64,000 nt of DNA from Salinarimonas sp. (GCF_040111675.1 NZ_CP157794.1:4694444-4758443), one strand, 5' to 3'; positions 44,892-54,805 are shown, counted from the first letter of the stretch. Notes: generated by a model from the letters alone, not told the origin. Translations and numbers: made by a program.

Positions 44892-45779
44892 TCACCCCGC
44901 CCGCGGCTCGCGCCAGCGATGCGCGCGGGCGGCCTCGACGAAGGCGGCGAGCGCGGGGGCGTGGCGCCGGCCGCGGCGGCTCGCGAGCGCGATCGTACGG
45001 GTCACCGCGGGGTCGATCAGGGCGCGGCGGTCGAGATCGGGGCGGGTCACCGCGAATTCCGGCATGAACGCGAAGCCGATCCCGCGCGCCACCATGGCCT
45101 GGACCCAGTCCTCCCGCTCGGAGCGGAAGCGCGCGTAGAGCGCGACCTCGCGGTCGCGGCAGACCGCCATCACCATCTCCCGCATCTCGCAGGCGAGGCG
45201 GTCGACGTAAGGAAGGCCGGAGAGCTCCTCGAGCCGGACCGCGTTGCCGCTCGGCCCCTCTCCCGGCGGGAAGACCGCGACGTAGCTCTCCTCGTAGAGC
45301 GGCTCGGCGTGGAAGGCCTCGCCGAGGCCCTCCAGCGGATTGAGGATCGCCGCGTCGATCTCGCCCGCGTCGAGGAGCGCGGCGAGCGCCTCCGGCGCGC
45401 CGTCGCGCACGGCGACCTCGACGCCCGGCGTCCTGCGGCCGAAGGCGGCGAGGAGCCCCGCGATGGCGGCGGGGCCGACCGTGGTCATCACGCCGAGCCG
45501 CAGGGGCACCTGGTTCAGGAGCCGGAAGTCGCGCGCCAGCGTCGCCACCGCCTCGGTCTCCTCGGAGATGCGCGTGAAATGCGGCAGGAGCCGCCGGCCG
45601 ACGTCGGTGAGGACGAGCTTGTGCCCGTCGCGATGGAACAAGGGCGCCTCGACCTGCGCCTCGAGCTTGCGGATCGCCGTCGTCAGCGCCGGCTGCGAGA
45701 CGCGGCACGCCTCGGCGGCACGGGTGAAGCTCAGCTCGCGCGCGGCGGCGAGAAAGTAGCGGACCTGGTGCATCTCCAT
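44892..45779 (-). CDS. LysR-family transcriptional regulator
   Basis: ORF 44892-45794. I prefer ATG 45779 (MEMHQVRYFLAAARELSFTRAAEACRVSQPALTTAIRKLE). It is divergent from the DUF4242 gene. Confidence 0.85.
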   Translation of the reverse strand: MEMHQVRYFLAAARELSFTRAAEACRVSQPALTTAIRKLEAQVEAPLFHRDGHKLVLTDVGRRLLPHFTRISEETEAVATLARDFRLLNQVPLRLGVMTTVGPAAIAGLLAAFGRRTPGVEVAVRDGAPEALAALLDAGEIDAAILNPLEGLGEAFHAEPLYEESYVAVFPPGEGPSGNAVRLEELSGLPYVDRLACEMREMVMAVCRDREVALYARFRSEREDWVQAMVARGIGFAFMPEFAVTRPDLDRRALIDPAVTRTIALASRRGRRHAPALAAFVEAARAHRWREPRAG

Positions 45780-45932
45780 CGGCGGGCCCTCCACTCGGGT
45801 CTTCCCTTGGGTGAGGATAAGCCGAGAGCGCGAAAGCCGCAGCTATGATTCGATAAACGCCGCGCCCTACCCCGCCGCGCGCGGACGTGGCCTGATCGGG
45901 ATGTCGAAACCCGAGACGGGAGGACCGAGGTC

Positions 45933-46196
45933 ATGAGCGTCTACATGGTGGAGCGCGAGCTCGAGGGCATCGCGATGGAGGATCTCGCCGCCGCGCAGAA
46001 GGCGGCGATCGCGACCGCGGAGAAGCACGCCGCCGCGGGCGAGCCGGTGCGCTACATCCGCTCGACCTTCGCGCCGGGCGACGGGCGTTGCCTGTGCCTG
46101 TTCGAGGCGCGCTCGCCGGAGGCGGTGGCGCGCGTCAACGACGAGGCGAACATCCCCTACGTCCGCGTCACCGAGGTGCTCGACCTCGCACCGTGA
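45933..46196 (+). CDS. DUF4242-family small protein
   Basis: 87-aa ORF: MSVYMVERELEGIAMEDL...VRYIRSTFAPGDGRCLCLFEARSPEAVARVNDEANIPYVRVTEV. Confidence 0.7.
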   Translation: MSVYMVERELEGIAMEDLAAAQKAAIATAEKHAAAGEPVRYIRSTFAPGDGRCLCLFEARSPEAVARVNDEANIPYVRVTEVLDLAP

Positions 46197-46286
46197 CGCG
46201 GCGACGCGTCGTTGCGCGCACCAGCGCAGCCGATGCGGGCTCCGCGCGTTGTCCCCTCAGCCAGGGACGTCACCGGAGCCCTCGTC

Positions 46287-47297
46287 ATGCGCTCTCCCCG
46301 ATCGGCCGGCCGCGCCCGCGCGGCCGGCCTCGTCGCAACCGCCCTCGCCGCGACCGGCCTCGCGGGCGCCCTCGCCGGCAGGGCGGCGCTCGCCCGCTTC
46401 CGCGCGGAGCGCGACGTCGCGGCCGCCCGCCTCGCCGCGCGCGGCCGCCTCGTCGCCACGCGCCGCGGCCCGATCGAATACGCCGAGGCCGGCGAGGGCC
46501 CTCCCGTCCTCGTGATCCACGGCGCCGCCGGCGGCTTCGACCAGGGGCTCGAGGCGGCGCACGATCTCGTCGCCGCGGGCTATCGCGTGATCGCGGTCTC
46601 GCGCGTCGGCTATCTCGGCACGCCGATGCCGCCGGGCGGCGCCTCCGCAGCGGACCAGGCCGACGCCCACGCGGCGCTCCTCGACGCGCTCGGGATCGCG
46701 GCCGCGATCGTGATGGCCCTCTCCGCCGGCGCGCGCTCGGCGCTCGCGCTCGCGGCCGATCATCCGCAGCGCGTCCGCGCCCTCCTCCTCGTCGCCCCCG
46801 CCATCGACGCGCCCGGCGCCCGGCCGCGCATCGCCGACACGCCGCAGAGCCGGGCCGCCTTGGCCGTCGCGGAAAGCGGCTCGGACCTCGCCCTCTGGAC
46901 GGCGATGCGCGTCGCCCGCCCCGCCCTGCTGCGGATGATGGGCGTGCCGGCCGGCGTCGAGGCGCGCGCCTCCGCGCGGGAGCGGGCGCGGATCGACCGG
47001 CTGATGCGCACGGCCTTTCCGCTCGCCCCCCGCGCCGCCGGCATCGCCGCGGACGCGCGAGGCGCCGAGCCGCCGCCGCTCGCGCGCGTGCGATGCCCGA
47101 CCCTGATCGTCACCGCCGAGGACGACCTGTTCCATACCGTTCCAGGCGCCCGCCGGGCGGCCGCGACGATCCCCGACGCGGCCCTGATCGTCCTTCGAAC
47201 CGGAGGCCACCTTCTCGTCGAGCGCCGCCTCGAGCTGCGCGGCGCGGCCCTGGCGTTCCTGGAGCGGCATGGGATGGCGGGCGCGCCGGGCGTGTAG
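46287..47297 (+). CDS. alpha/beta-fold hydrolase
   Basis: ORF 46212-47297. I prefer ATG 46287. The pattern is PPVLVIHGAAGG...MALSAGA (nucleophile elbow)...TAEDDLF...GGH. Confidence 0.75.
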   Translation: MRSPRSAGRARAAGLVATALAATGLAGALAGRAALARFRAERDVAAARLAARGRLVATRRGPIEYAEAGEGPPVLVIHGAAGGFDQGLEAAHDLVAAGYRVIAVSRVGYLGTPMPPGGASAADQADAHAALLDALGIAAAIVMALSAGARSALALAADHPQRVRALLLVAPAIDAPGARPRIADTPQSRAALAVAESGSDLALWTAMRVARPALLRMMGVPAGVEARASARERARIDRLMRTAFPLAPRAAGIAADARGAEPPPLARVRCPTLIVTAEDDLFHTVPGARRAAATIPDAALIVLRTGGHLLVERRLELRGAALAFLERHGMAGAPGV

Positions 47298-47376
47298 GCC
47301 GGAGTGCGCCTCTCCCGGAACGGTCGCGGCGCGGGAGTCATTGTCCCGCCGAACCTCGCCCCTGCTTCGGACCCGC

Positions 47377-47859
47377 ATGCTCGAGATCTGGCTCAAGGCC
47401 GCGCATATCGCCTTCCTGTCGCTGTGGGCCGCCGGGCTCGTGGCGCTGCCGGCGCTGATCGGGCCGCGGACGGAGACGCACGACGGCGAGTACGCGCGGC
47501 GCATGCGCTTCACGCGCCTCGCCTACGAGCTCGTCGTCTCCCCGGCCGCCGTCTTCACCGTCGCGACCGGAACGGCGCTCGTCTTCGTCGCCGCCTGGGA
47601 GACGCCGTGGCTCGCGGCGAAGCTCGTCGCGGTGGGCGGGATGGGGCTCCTCCACATGCTCGTCGGCCGGGGCCTCGCGAGGCGCAGCGCGCGCCTCGAG
47701 GCCGGCCCGGCGACGCGCGCCGCGATCGCGCTCGGCGCGGTGGGGCTGATCTCCGCCGTGCTCGCCTTCGTGCTCGGCAAGCCCGATCTCGCGGCGGAGG
47801 ATTTCCTGCCGACCTTCCTGCTGGAGGGCCGGCCCGTCGGCTTCCCGGGAGACCTCGTC
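47377..47859 (+). CDS. HemJ/CopD-like small polytopic membrane protein. The 3-prime end cannot be defined because there is no in-frame stop.
   Basis: ATG 47377 (MLEIWLKAAHIAFLSLWAAGLVALP...) with about 4 TM segments over ~150 codons. The frame stays open to 49143 (see findings). The end coordinate here is arbitrary: it is the last base before the convergent gene. Confidence 0.4.
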
Positions 47860-48411
47860 TCAGGGTTCGCTGGAGACGTCGCCGCCGCCGGCGCGCTGCT
47901 CGGCCTCCTCCTCCGGCGAGGCGACGCCGAAGCGGTGCTCGAACACGAGCTTGCCGCCGTGCCAGCCGGCGAAGCCCACGAGGACGAGCTGCACCCCGGA
48001 GAGCAGCAGACCCCAGGGCAGCACCGCGGCAACGGGATCGTCCATGCGGTGGGCCCAGCTCAGCGCCAGCACGCCGAGCAGCGTCATGGCGATCACGCCG
48101 TGCGACCAGGCGGCGGCGCGGTGGCGCGCGCCCGGCACGAGCATCATCTCGCCGAAGCCCGAGAGCGCCGCCGCGCAGCCCATCAGGAAGGCCGCGCCCG
48201 CGCCCCACAGGCCGGAGCGGGCGAAGAACGGGTCGAGCGTCCACCAATAGGCCGCGTCCGAGCCCGCGACCCAGAACGCCCCGGCGATCGGGAAGGCGAC
48301 CAGCATGGCGTGGATCGGGTGCCCGAACAGGGCGACGCGGCTGTCGAGATCGGACAGCGAATCGGGCTTGCCCAGGGTGGTGGTGACGACGTTCGTCCGG
48401 TCGGCGCGCAT
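47860..48411 (-). CDS. DUF2231-family membrane protein
   Basis: ATG 48411 after AAGGAGA, within ORF 47860-48606. Sequence: MRADRTNVVTTTLGKPDSLSDLDSRVALFGHPIHAMLVAFPIAG... with 4 TM segments. Confidence 0.75.
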   Translation of the reverse strand: MRADRTNVVTTTLGKPDSLSDLDSRVALFGHPIHAMLVAFPIAGAFWVAGSDAAYWWTLDPFFARSGLWGAGAAFLMGCAAALSGFGEMMLVPGARHRAAAWSHGVIAMTLLGVLALSWAHRMDDPVAAVLPWGLLLSGVQLVLVGFAGWHGGKLVFEHRFGVASPEEEAEQRAGGGDVSSEP

Positions 48412-48540
48412 CGGGTCTCCTTTCTCGGGCTCGCCGCCCTCGGCGCGGCGGCGGCGACGGTCTCGGGCTGCGCCGGGCCGCTCTCGACGCTCGACCCGGC
48501 GGGGCCTGCGGCGGAGCGCGTCGCGACCCTGTGGTGGATC

Positions 48541-49143
48541 ATGCTCGCCGGTGCGACGCTGATCCTGCTGGGCGTGTGCGCGCTCGCGCTCGTCCCCTTC
48601 CTTCAAGCCCGGCGGAGCGATGCGGTTTCACGGCGCGCCCCGCGCGACGGCGTCTGGCTCTTCGGCGGCGGCCTCGCGTTTCCCCTCGCGACGCTCCTCG
48701 CGCTGATGCTCTACGCCTTCGTGCTGGACCCCATCGACGACGCCGCGCGCACCGGCGCCGCGCCGCTGCGCGTCGAGGCGGTGGCGCGGCAATGGGACTG
48801 GCGCTTCGTCCATCCGGACGCGCCCGGCGGGCCGCTCGAGACGGAAGGGCGCCTGCACGTCCCCGCCGGCCGGCCGGTCGAGGTCGCGATCACGAGCGAG
48901 GACGTGATCCATTCGTTCTGGGTGCCGCGCCTCGCGGGCAAGCGCGACGCGATCCCGGGGCGGGTGAACACGATCACGATCCTCGCCGAGCGCCCCGGCG
49001 TCTACGGCGGGATCTGCGCCGAGTTCTGCGGCTACGGCCATGCCGGCATGCGCTTCGAGGTCGTCGTCCACGAGGCGAGCGCCTATCGCGGCGTGATGGC
49101 CAGCCTCGCGGCCGACCCGCGGACACGGGAGGCGCGGCGATGA
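48541..49143 (+). CDS. coxB: cytochrome c oxidase subunit II (CuA domain)
   Basis: Last part of ORF 47269-49143. CuA ligands are present (DVIHSFWVP...CAEFCGYGHAGM). 48541 is the first ATG, but conserved-looking N-terminal sequence lies upstream without a start codon (see findings). Confidence 0.75.
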   Translation: MLAGATLILLGVCALALVPFLQARRSDAVSRRAPRDGVWLFGGGLAFPLATLLALMLYAFVLDPIDDAARTGAAPLRVEAVARQWDWRFVHPDAPGGPLETEGRLHVPAGRPVEVAITSEDVIHSFWVPRLAGKRDAIPGRVNTITILAERPGVYGGICAEFCGYGHAGMRFEVVVHEASAYRGVMASLAADPRTREARR

Positions 49144-51665
49144 ACGACCCCGTCGTCGCCGCCCGCCGCTCCAGGGCGATCCGCCTGCATCGCGGCCTCT
49201 CCGCGATCTGGGACACGCCGCCTGGCCTCCCGCGCCTCGCGGCGGTGAACCACACCATCGTCGGGCGGCGCTTCATGCTCACGGCGCTCGCCTTCTTCGC
49301 CGCGGCGGGCCTGCTGGCGATGCTGATCCGCACCCAGCTCGCCGTTCCGACGAACGACTTCCTGGGACCCGACGCCTACAACCAGATCGTCACGGTGCAC
49401 GGCACGGTGATGATGTTCCTGTTCGCCATCCCCTTCATCGAGGGGCTGGCGATCTACCTCCTGCCGAAGCTGCTCGGCGCGCGGGACCTCGCCTTCCCGC
49501 GCCTATCGGCCTTCGGCTACTGGTGCTACCTGATCGGCGGCACGACCGTGCTCGGCTCCATCGCCTTCGGCGCCGCGCCCGACGGCGGCTGGTTCATGTA
49601 CGCGCCGCTCTCGACGAAGCCCTACTCGCCCGGCATCGGCGCGGACGTCTGGCTGCTCGGCATCACCTTCGTCGAGGTCTCCGCCATCGCGGCGGCGGTG
49701 GAGATCGCGGTGACGATCCTGAAGGTGCGCGCGCCGGGCATGTCGCTGTCGCGCATGCCGATCCTCGCCTGGTACCTCCTCGTCACGGCGATCATGATCC
49801 TCGGGGGCTTCCCGCCGCTGATCCTCGGCTCGATCCTGCTGGAGACCGAGCGCGCCTTCGGATGGCCGTTCTTCTCGCCCGAACGCGGGGGCGATCCGCT
49901 GCTGTGGCAGCACCTGTTCTGGCTGTTCGGCCACCCGGAGGTCTACATCATCTTCGTGCCCGCGGCCGGCGTGATCTCGACCGTGCTCCCCGTCTTCGCC
50001 CGCCGGCCGATCGTGGGATATTCCTGGGTCGTCGCCGCCGTGGTGGCGCTCGGCTTCCTGTCCTTCGGGCTGTGGGTGCACCACATGTTCGCCACCGGGC
50101 TGCCGCGGCTCTCGCTGGGCTTCTTCTCCGCCGCCTCGCTGCTCGTGACGGTGCCCACCGCCGTGCAGATCTTCGCCTGGCTGGCGACGCTCGCGAAGGG
50201 CCGCCCGGTCCTGTCGCTGCCGATGCTCTACATCCTCGGCTTCTTCTTCGTCTTCGTCGCCGGCGGGCTCACCGGGGTGATGGTGGCGATCGTGCCGTTC
50301 GACGAGCAGGTGCACGACACGCATTTCGTCGTCGCGCACCTGCACTACGTCCTCATCGGCGGCTTCGTCCTGCCGGCCATCGCGGGCGTCTACTATTGGC
50401 TGCCGCAGATCTCCGGTCGGGTGCCGGTCTTCGGCCTGGGCAAGACCGCGTTCTGGCTGATCTTCGCCGGCTTCAATCTCACCTTCCTCGTCATGCACTG
50501 GACGGGGCTCCTCGGCATGCCCCGGCGCGTCTTCACCTACGAGGAGGGGCTCGGCTGGCATCTGCCGAACCTGATCTCGTCCTTCGGCGCCTTCCTGCTC
50601 ACCGCGGGCTTCGCCCTCGTCGCCCTCGACCTCTTCCTGCAGCTGCGCCACGGCAAGTCGTTCCGGCGCAATCCTTGGGGGGCGGGCACGCTGGAATGGG
50701 CGATGCCCACGCCCCCTGCGCCCTACAATTTCGCGAGCCTGCCGCACGTCTCCGATCGCGACCCGCTCCACGCCGAGCCCGCCCTGCCCGAATGCCTCGC
50801 CGCGGGCGAAGGCTATCTCGGACGCGTTCACGAGGGCCGCATGGAGACCCTCGTCGTCTCGATGGTGGAGGGGAAGCCCGAGCAGATCCTCCTCCTGCCG
50901 AACCAGGACTACACGCCGCTCTGGACGGCGCTCTCCCTCGCGGTCTTCTTCGGCGCCATGCTGGCGGGGCTCTACTGGCTCGCCCCGGCGGGGCTCGTGC
51001 TCACCCTCGTCTTCGCCTGGCGCTGGGCGGCGAGCGGGGCGATGCGGGACGATCCGCCGATCGAGGACGCGGGCCGCGGCGTTTCCCTGCCGCTCCACCT
51101 CGCCGCGCCGCGCCCGCCGGCCTGGTGGGGAATGGTGTTCCTGCTCCTCGCCGACGCGATCCTGTTCGGCTCCCTCGCCTTCGGCGCGATCTACCTCGCG
51201 ACCTTCGCGCCCGGCTGGCCGGCGACCGCGCCCTGGGAGCCGGCCTCGGCCGCGGCGCTCGCCGCCGCGATCGCGCTGGCGCTCGCGGGGCTCGCGGGCC
51301 CTGCGGCGATGGGCGCCAACCGTCGCGCCGGGATCGCCCGCGGCGCGATGCGGGACGCGCTCCTCGCGCTCTGCGCCGCGGGAAGCCTCGGCGCCCTCGC
51401 CGCGCTCGCCTGGCTCGCCTGGGCTCTCGACCCGACGGCGCACGCCCACGGCGCGGTGGCCGGCGCGCTCCTCGCCTATGCGGGCTTTCACGCGCTGATC
51501 GGGCTCCTCACGAGCGCCTTCGCCCTGCGCGGGAGCCTCGCCGGCCTCGTCTCCGACGTCCGCCGCACGCCGGTCGAGGTCGCCGCGATGTGGCAGGCCT
51601 ATACGGCCGCGACGGGGCTTCTCGCGCTCGTCCTCGCCCTCTACGCGCCGGAGGCGCTGCGATGA
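49140..51665 (+). CDS. ctaD: cytochrome c oxidase subunit I fused to a subunit III-like C-terminal domain
   Basis: ATG 49140 (ATGA overlap) within ORF 48531-51665. 841 aa. Heme-copper motifs are present (WFFGHPEVYI-like LFWLFGHPEVYIIF, HHMF, HDTHFVVAHLHYV), followed by ~280 aa of additional TM helices. Confidence 0.9.
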   Translation: MNDPVVAARRSRAIRLHRGLSAIWDTPPGLPRLAAVNHTIVGRRFMLTALAFFAAAGLLAMLIRTQLAVPTNDFLGPDAYNQIVTVHGTVMMFLFAIPFIEGLAIYLLPKLLGARDLAFPRLSAFGYWCYLIGGTTVLGSIAFGAAPDGGWFMYAPLSTKPYSPGIGADVWLLGITFVEVSAIAAAVEIAVTILKVRAPGMSLSRMPILAWYLLVTAIMILGGFPPLILGSILLETERAFGWPFFSPERGGDPLLWQHLFWLFGHPEVYIIFVPAAGVISTVLPVFARRPIVGYSWVVAAVVALGFLSFGLWVHHMFATGLPRLSLGFFSAASLLVTVPTAVQIFAWLATLAKGRPVLSLPMLYILGFFFVFVAGGLTGVMVAIVPFDEQVHDTHFVVAHLHYVLIGGFVLPAIAGVYYWLPQISGRVPVFGLGKTAFWLIFAGFNLTFLVMHWTGLLGMPRRVFTYEEGLGWHLPNLISSFGAFLLTAGFALVALDLFLQLRHGKSFRRNPWGAGTLEWAMPTPPAPYNFASLPHVSDRDPLHAEPALPECLAAGEGYLGRVHEGRMETLVVSMVEGKPEQILLLPNQDYTPLWTALSLAVFFGAMLAGLYWLAPAGLVLTLVFAWRWAASGAMRDDPPIEDAGRGVSLPLHLAAPRPPAWWGMVFLLLADAILFGSLAFGAIYLATFAPGWPATAPWEPASAAALAAAIALALAGLAGPAAMGANRRAGIARGAMRDALLALCAAGSLGALAALAWLAWALDPTAHAHGAVAGALLAYAGFHALIGLLTSAFALRGSLAGLVSDVRRTPVEVAAMWQAYTAATGLLALVLALYAPEALR

Positions 51666-52015
51666 GCGTGCTCGCACGCCCGATCGGTCTCCTGGGCCTC
51701 GCCGTCGGCTTCCTCGTCTGGTCGGCGGCCTTCCTCGTGCTCTACGGGCTGCACGCGCTCGGCTGCGCCTGGGGCTGGGACGCCCGCGCGGCCGGGCCGA
51801 CGAGCCTGCTGCGGCTCGTCCTGGTCGCCGCCTGGATCGGGCATCTCGCCCTTCTCGCCGGGCTCGCCATTCCCGCGCGCCGGCTCGCCCGCGCGGCGCA
51901 GGCCGGGGACGCCCCTGCCCTCCTCGCGCGCACGACCCTCGCCCTCACCCTCGCCGCGCTCGTCGCGACGCTCTGGACCGGCCTTCCGACGATCGCCTAC
52001 CCGCTCTGCCGCTGA
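51662..52015 (+). CDS. small membrane protein coupled to the oxidase genes
   Basis: ATG 51662 (ATGA overlap) within ORF 49523-52015. 117 aa with 3 hydrophobic segments. Confidence 0.6.
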   Translation: MSVLARPIGLLGLAVGFLVWSAAFLVLYGLHALGCAWGWDARAAGPTSLLRLVLVAAWIGHLALLAGLAIPARRLARAAQAGDAPALLARTTLALTLAALVATLWTGLPTIAYPLCR

Positions 52016-52115
52016 ATGCGGAACGGTGGGGCCTCGCCGAAACGGCCGAGGTCCCGAACGGCCAAGCCGCCGGCGCGTTCTCCTCAGGGCGCGCGGCCGC
52101 GCCGCGGGAGGACGC

Positions 52116-52625
52116 ATGAAGAAGCTCTACGAGGGATTGGCGCTCGTCTATTTCGTCATCGCGACCCTGGCGATCATGCTGCTCGCCTTCCTCCTCATCG
52201 TGAGCGCCATCTGGAACGTCGTCGTGGCCCTGCCGGCGAAGGACGTGGTCGACCCCGTGCTCGAGGGGATCGGCCTCCTCATCATCGGCTTCGCCGTGGT
52301 GGAGACCGCGAAGTTCATCGCCGAGGAGGAGATCCTGCGCCGGCGCGAGCTGCGCTCGGCGGTGGAATCGCGCCGCTCGCTGACGAAGTTCGTCACCATC
52401 ATCGTCATCGCCGCGAGCCTCGAGGCGCTGGTGATGGTGTTCAAGACGAGCCGCGCCAGCATCCCGGACGCCATCTATCCCGCCGCCCTGTTCATCGCCG
52501 CGATGGCGGCGCTCGTCGCGCTCGGCGGCTACCAGTGGCTGTCGAGCCGCATCAACCCGGAGATCCCGCCGGGCGACCCGTCCGGCCACGGTCGCGACGG
52601 GAACGGCGACGGCGAGCAGCGCTGA
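52116..52625 (+). CDS. membrane protein, unknown family
   Basis: ATG 52116 after GGGAGGA, within ORF 52026-52625. Sequence: MKKLYEGLALVYFVIATLAIMLLAFLLIVSAIW... with 4 TM segments. Confidence 0.6.
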   Translation: MKKLYEGLALVYFVIATLAIMLLAFLLIVSAIWNVVVALPAKDVVDPVLEGIGLLIIGFAVVETAKFIAEEEILRRRELRSAVESRRSLTKFVTIIVIAASLEALVMVFKTSRASIPDAIYPAALFIAAMAALVALGGYQWLSSRINPEIPPGDPSGHGRDGNGDGEQR

Positions 52626-52641
52626 GCGCCCGCACGCCGTC

Positions 52642-53577
52642 TCACGCCGAGGCGGGCTTGCGGGCGCGCCGGAGCGAGACGGTCCCGTAGACGGTGAACG
52701 CCGTGAGCAGCAGCACGCAGACGAGGCTCGCCTGCGAGACGGCGAGGCGCGGATCGGCGAGCTGGGCGAGATAGGTGAAGATCAGGTTCGTCGAGAACAG
52801 GAGCGAGACCGTCATCGGCTCGGTGCGCGAGATGCCGATCTGCAGGAGGTAGATGCCGATGAACACGCCTATGACGGTGAGCACCGCGATGGTGCCGATG
52901 GTCGCGGGCGTGTAGGGCGACCACGAGCCCTCGCTCGCCAGGATCGCGAAGGCGACGACATTGAGCAGCGTGAACCGCACCGTCATGATGTCGGCCGAGG
53001 AGAAGTCCCGCTCCGTCAGCGCCTTGGTCACGTAGGTGTTGGTGCTCACCCCCAGCGCGGTGAGGAGCGCCGCGACGACGCCGACGGCGACGGTCGTCCA
53101 GGGCAGCGCGCCCAGCCCGCTGAGGCCCTGCGCGGAGACGGCGACCAGGGCGAGGACCGAGAGGGCGCAGCCCACCGCCGCGACGAGCTCCTGGCGGAGG
53201 ATCGGCGCGTTCGGCCGCAGCCGCGGCGCGAGGGCGAGGGTGATCAGCGGGATCGCGCCGACGATGAGGCCGTTGACCACCGCCGGCTCCAGCGCATCGA
53301 GGGCGTAGAGCACGGCGAGCCAGCTCAGCGCCGTCGTCACGTTGATGGCCAGGACGTGCCGCCAGGCGCCGCGCGCCTTCGCGAGGAGCGCGCCGCGCTC
53401 GCGATGGGTGGCGAGGTAGACGATCTGGGCCAGCACGAAGCAGTTCACCGCGATGAAGGCCGGCGACAGCGTCACCAGGACGTAGCCCTCGAAAACCGAC
53501 TTCGCGGCGTTCATCAACGTGTAGCCGAGCACGTAGACGGCGCCGGGCACCACCCAGGCCGCCTCACGCCGCGACAT
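52642..53577 (-). CDS. EamA/DMT-family transporter (putative exporter)
   Basis: ATG 53577 within ORF 52642-53646. 311 aa with about 10 TM segments in two EamA-like halves. It overlaps the upstream ATP-grasp stop by 14 nt. Confidence 0.85.
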   Translation of the reverse strand: MSRREAAWVVPGAVYVLGYTLMNAAKSVFEGYVLVTLSPAFIAVNCFVLAQIVYLATHRERGALLAKARGAWRHVLAINVTTALSWLAVLYALDALEPAVVNGLIVGAIPLITLALAPRLRPNAPILRQELVAAVGCALSVLALVAVSAQGLSGLGALPWTTVAVGVVAALLTALGVSTNTYVTKALTERDFSSADIMTVRFTLLNVVAFAILASEGSWSPYTPATIGTIAVLTVIGVFIGIYLLQIGISRTEPMTVSLLFSTNLIFTYLAQLADPRLAVSQASLVCVLLLTAFTVYGTVSLRRARKPASA

Positions 53578-54805
53578 CGTAGAAGCTCTCCCGGTCGAGA
53601 TGCCGGATCGTGCGGGAATCGCGCACGACGGCGGCCGCGTCCGCATGAGCGAGCACGATCATCATCGGGTAGGTCACGTCGTTGATCGTCACCTTCAGGT
53701 CTCCGCCCGGACGCACGATCTCGACGATCTCGCGGAAGGTCTCCAGCGCCTGGACCGCGGGCAGGCCCGGATAGCCGACGAGCCGCCCCGCGCGGCGGCT
53801 GATCAAGGCGGTGGAGGAGACGGTGGCCTCGAGCCGGTAGGGCGTCCCGGCCTCGGCGCGGAAGCGCTCCGGCTCGGCGTAGGCGGTGGCGATCCAGTCG
53901 ATCTGGCTCCGGCCGAGGCCCGTCCGCGCGATGCGCGAGAGCGGGCCGCCCACCAGCCGGGCGCCGAGCTCGACGAGGCGCGGGCCTTCGCGGGTCATCC
54001 GGATCTCGAGATGGGCGGGGCTGTCCGTGACCCCGAGCGCGTCGAGGCAGGCGCGGGCGTAGGGCGCGAGCCGGTCCTGCACCTCGCCCGTCGCGGGCAG
54101 GAGGATGGCCGAATCGAGCAGGTTGAGCACGCCGTTGGCGGCGACGTGCGTCGTCAGCCAGATCTCGGCGATGTGGTGCACGCCGCCACGGCTGACCGTG
54201 TTGACGTAGTACTCGTGGCCGTCGAGGTAGGATTGTGCGACGACCGCCTCGATCAGGTCGCCGTAGAAGCTCGTTCGTCCCACCACCGCGTCGAAGGCCG
54301 CGCCGGCTTGCTGCGGCGTGTCGCAGAAGGAGACGCCGTCGTTGAGCGCGGAATTGAGCGGCTTCACCACGATGCGCGCGCCCTGCTCGCGGGCGAAGGC
54401 TTCGACCTCGGCGCGGCTGCGGCACAGGCGCTGCGCCGCCGCCGGGACGCCGGCCTCGTGCAGCGCCTCGATCATCGCGTACTTGTCGCGCCGCAGCGCC
54501 GTCGTCGTCGGGTCGTTGGTGGGCGCGCCGTGCGCGAAGGCGAGCGCCTCGGCGAGCTCGACGCCGTACTCGGATCCGGCGATCACCTGCTCGACCCCGA
54601 GCGCCCGCAGCCGCGCCGCGGTGGCGGCGAGATCGCCCTCGTGCACCACGTTCTCGACGAAGTCGCCGGGCCGGAAGGTCGGCGCGTGCATGGCGAGGAG
54701 CGTCGGCCGGCTCTGCACGTGTACGCAGGCCGCGCCGCGCCCGGCGAGCGCCGGAGCGATCTGGTTCGCCGACGAATAGGCGTTGACGATGGCGATGCGT
54801 CTCAT
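53564..54805 (-). CDS. ATP-grasp ligase (L-amino-acid-ligase-like)
   Basis: ATG 54805 (ATGA overlap) within ORF 53564-55735. 413 aa: MRRIAIVNAYSSANQIAPAL...RDKYAMIEAL...IVVKPLNSALNDGV...QSYLDGHEYYVNTV...HLEIRMTREGPRLVELGARL. Confidence 0.8.
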   Translation of the reverse strand: MRRIAIVNAYSSANQIAPALAGRGAACVHVQSRPTLLAMHAPTFRPGDFVENVVHEGDLAATAARLRALGVEQVIAGSEYGVELAEALAFAHGAPTNDPTTTALRRDKYAMIEALHEAGVPAAAQRLCRSRAEVEAFAREQGARIVVKPLNSALNDGVSFCDTPQQAGAAFDAVVGRTSFYGDLIEAVVAQSYLDGHEYYVNTVSRGGVHHIAEIWLTTHVAANGVLNLLDSAILLPATGEVQDRLAPYARACLDALGVTDSPAHLEIRMTREGPRLVELGARLVGGPLSRIARTGLGRSQIDWIATAYAEPERFRAEAGTPYRLEATVSSTALISRRAGRLVGYPGLPAVQALETFREIVEIVRPGGDLKVTINDVTYPMMIVLAHADAAAVVRDSRTIRHLDRESFYDVAA

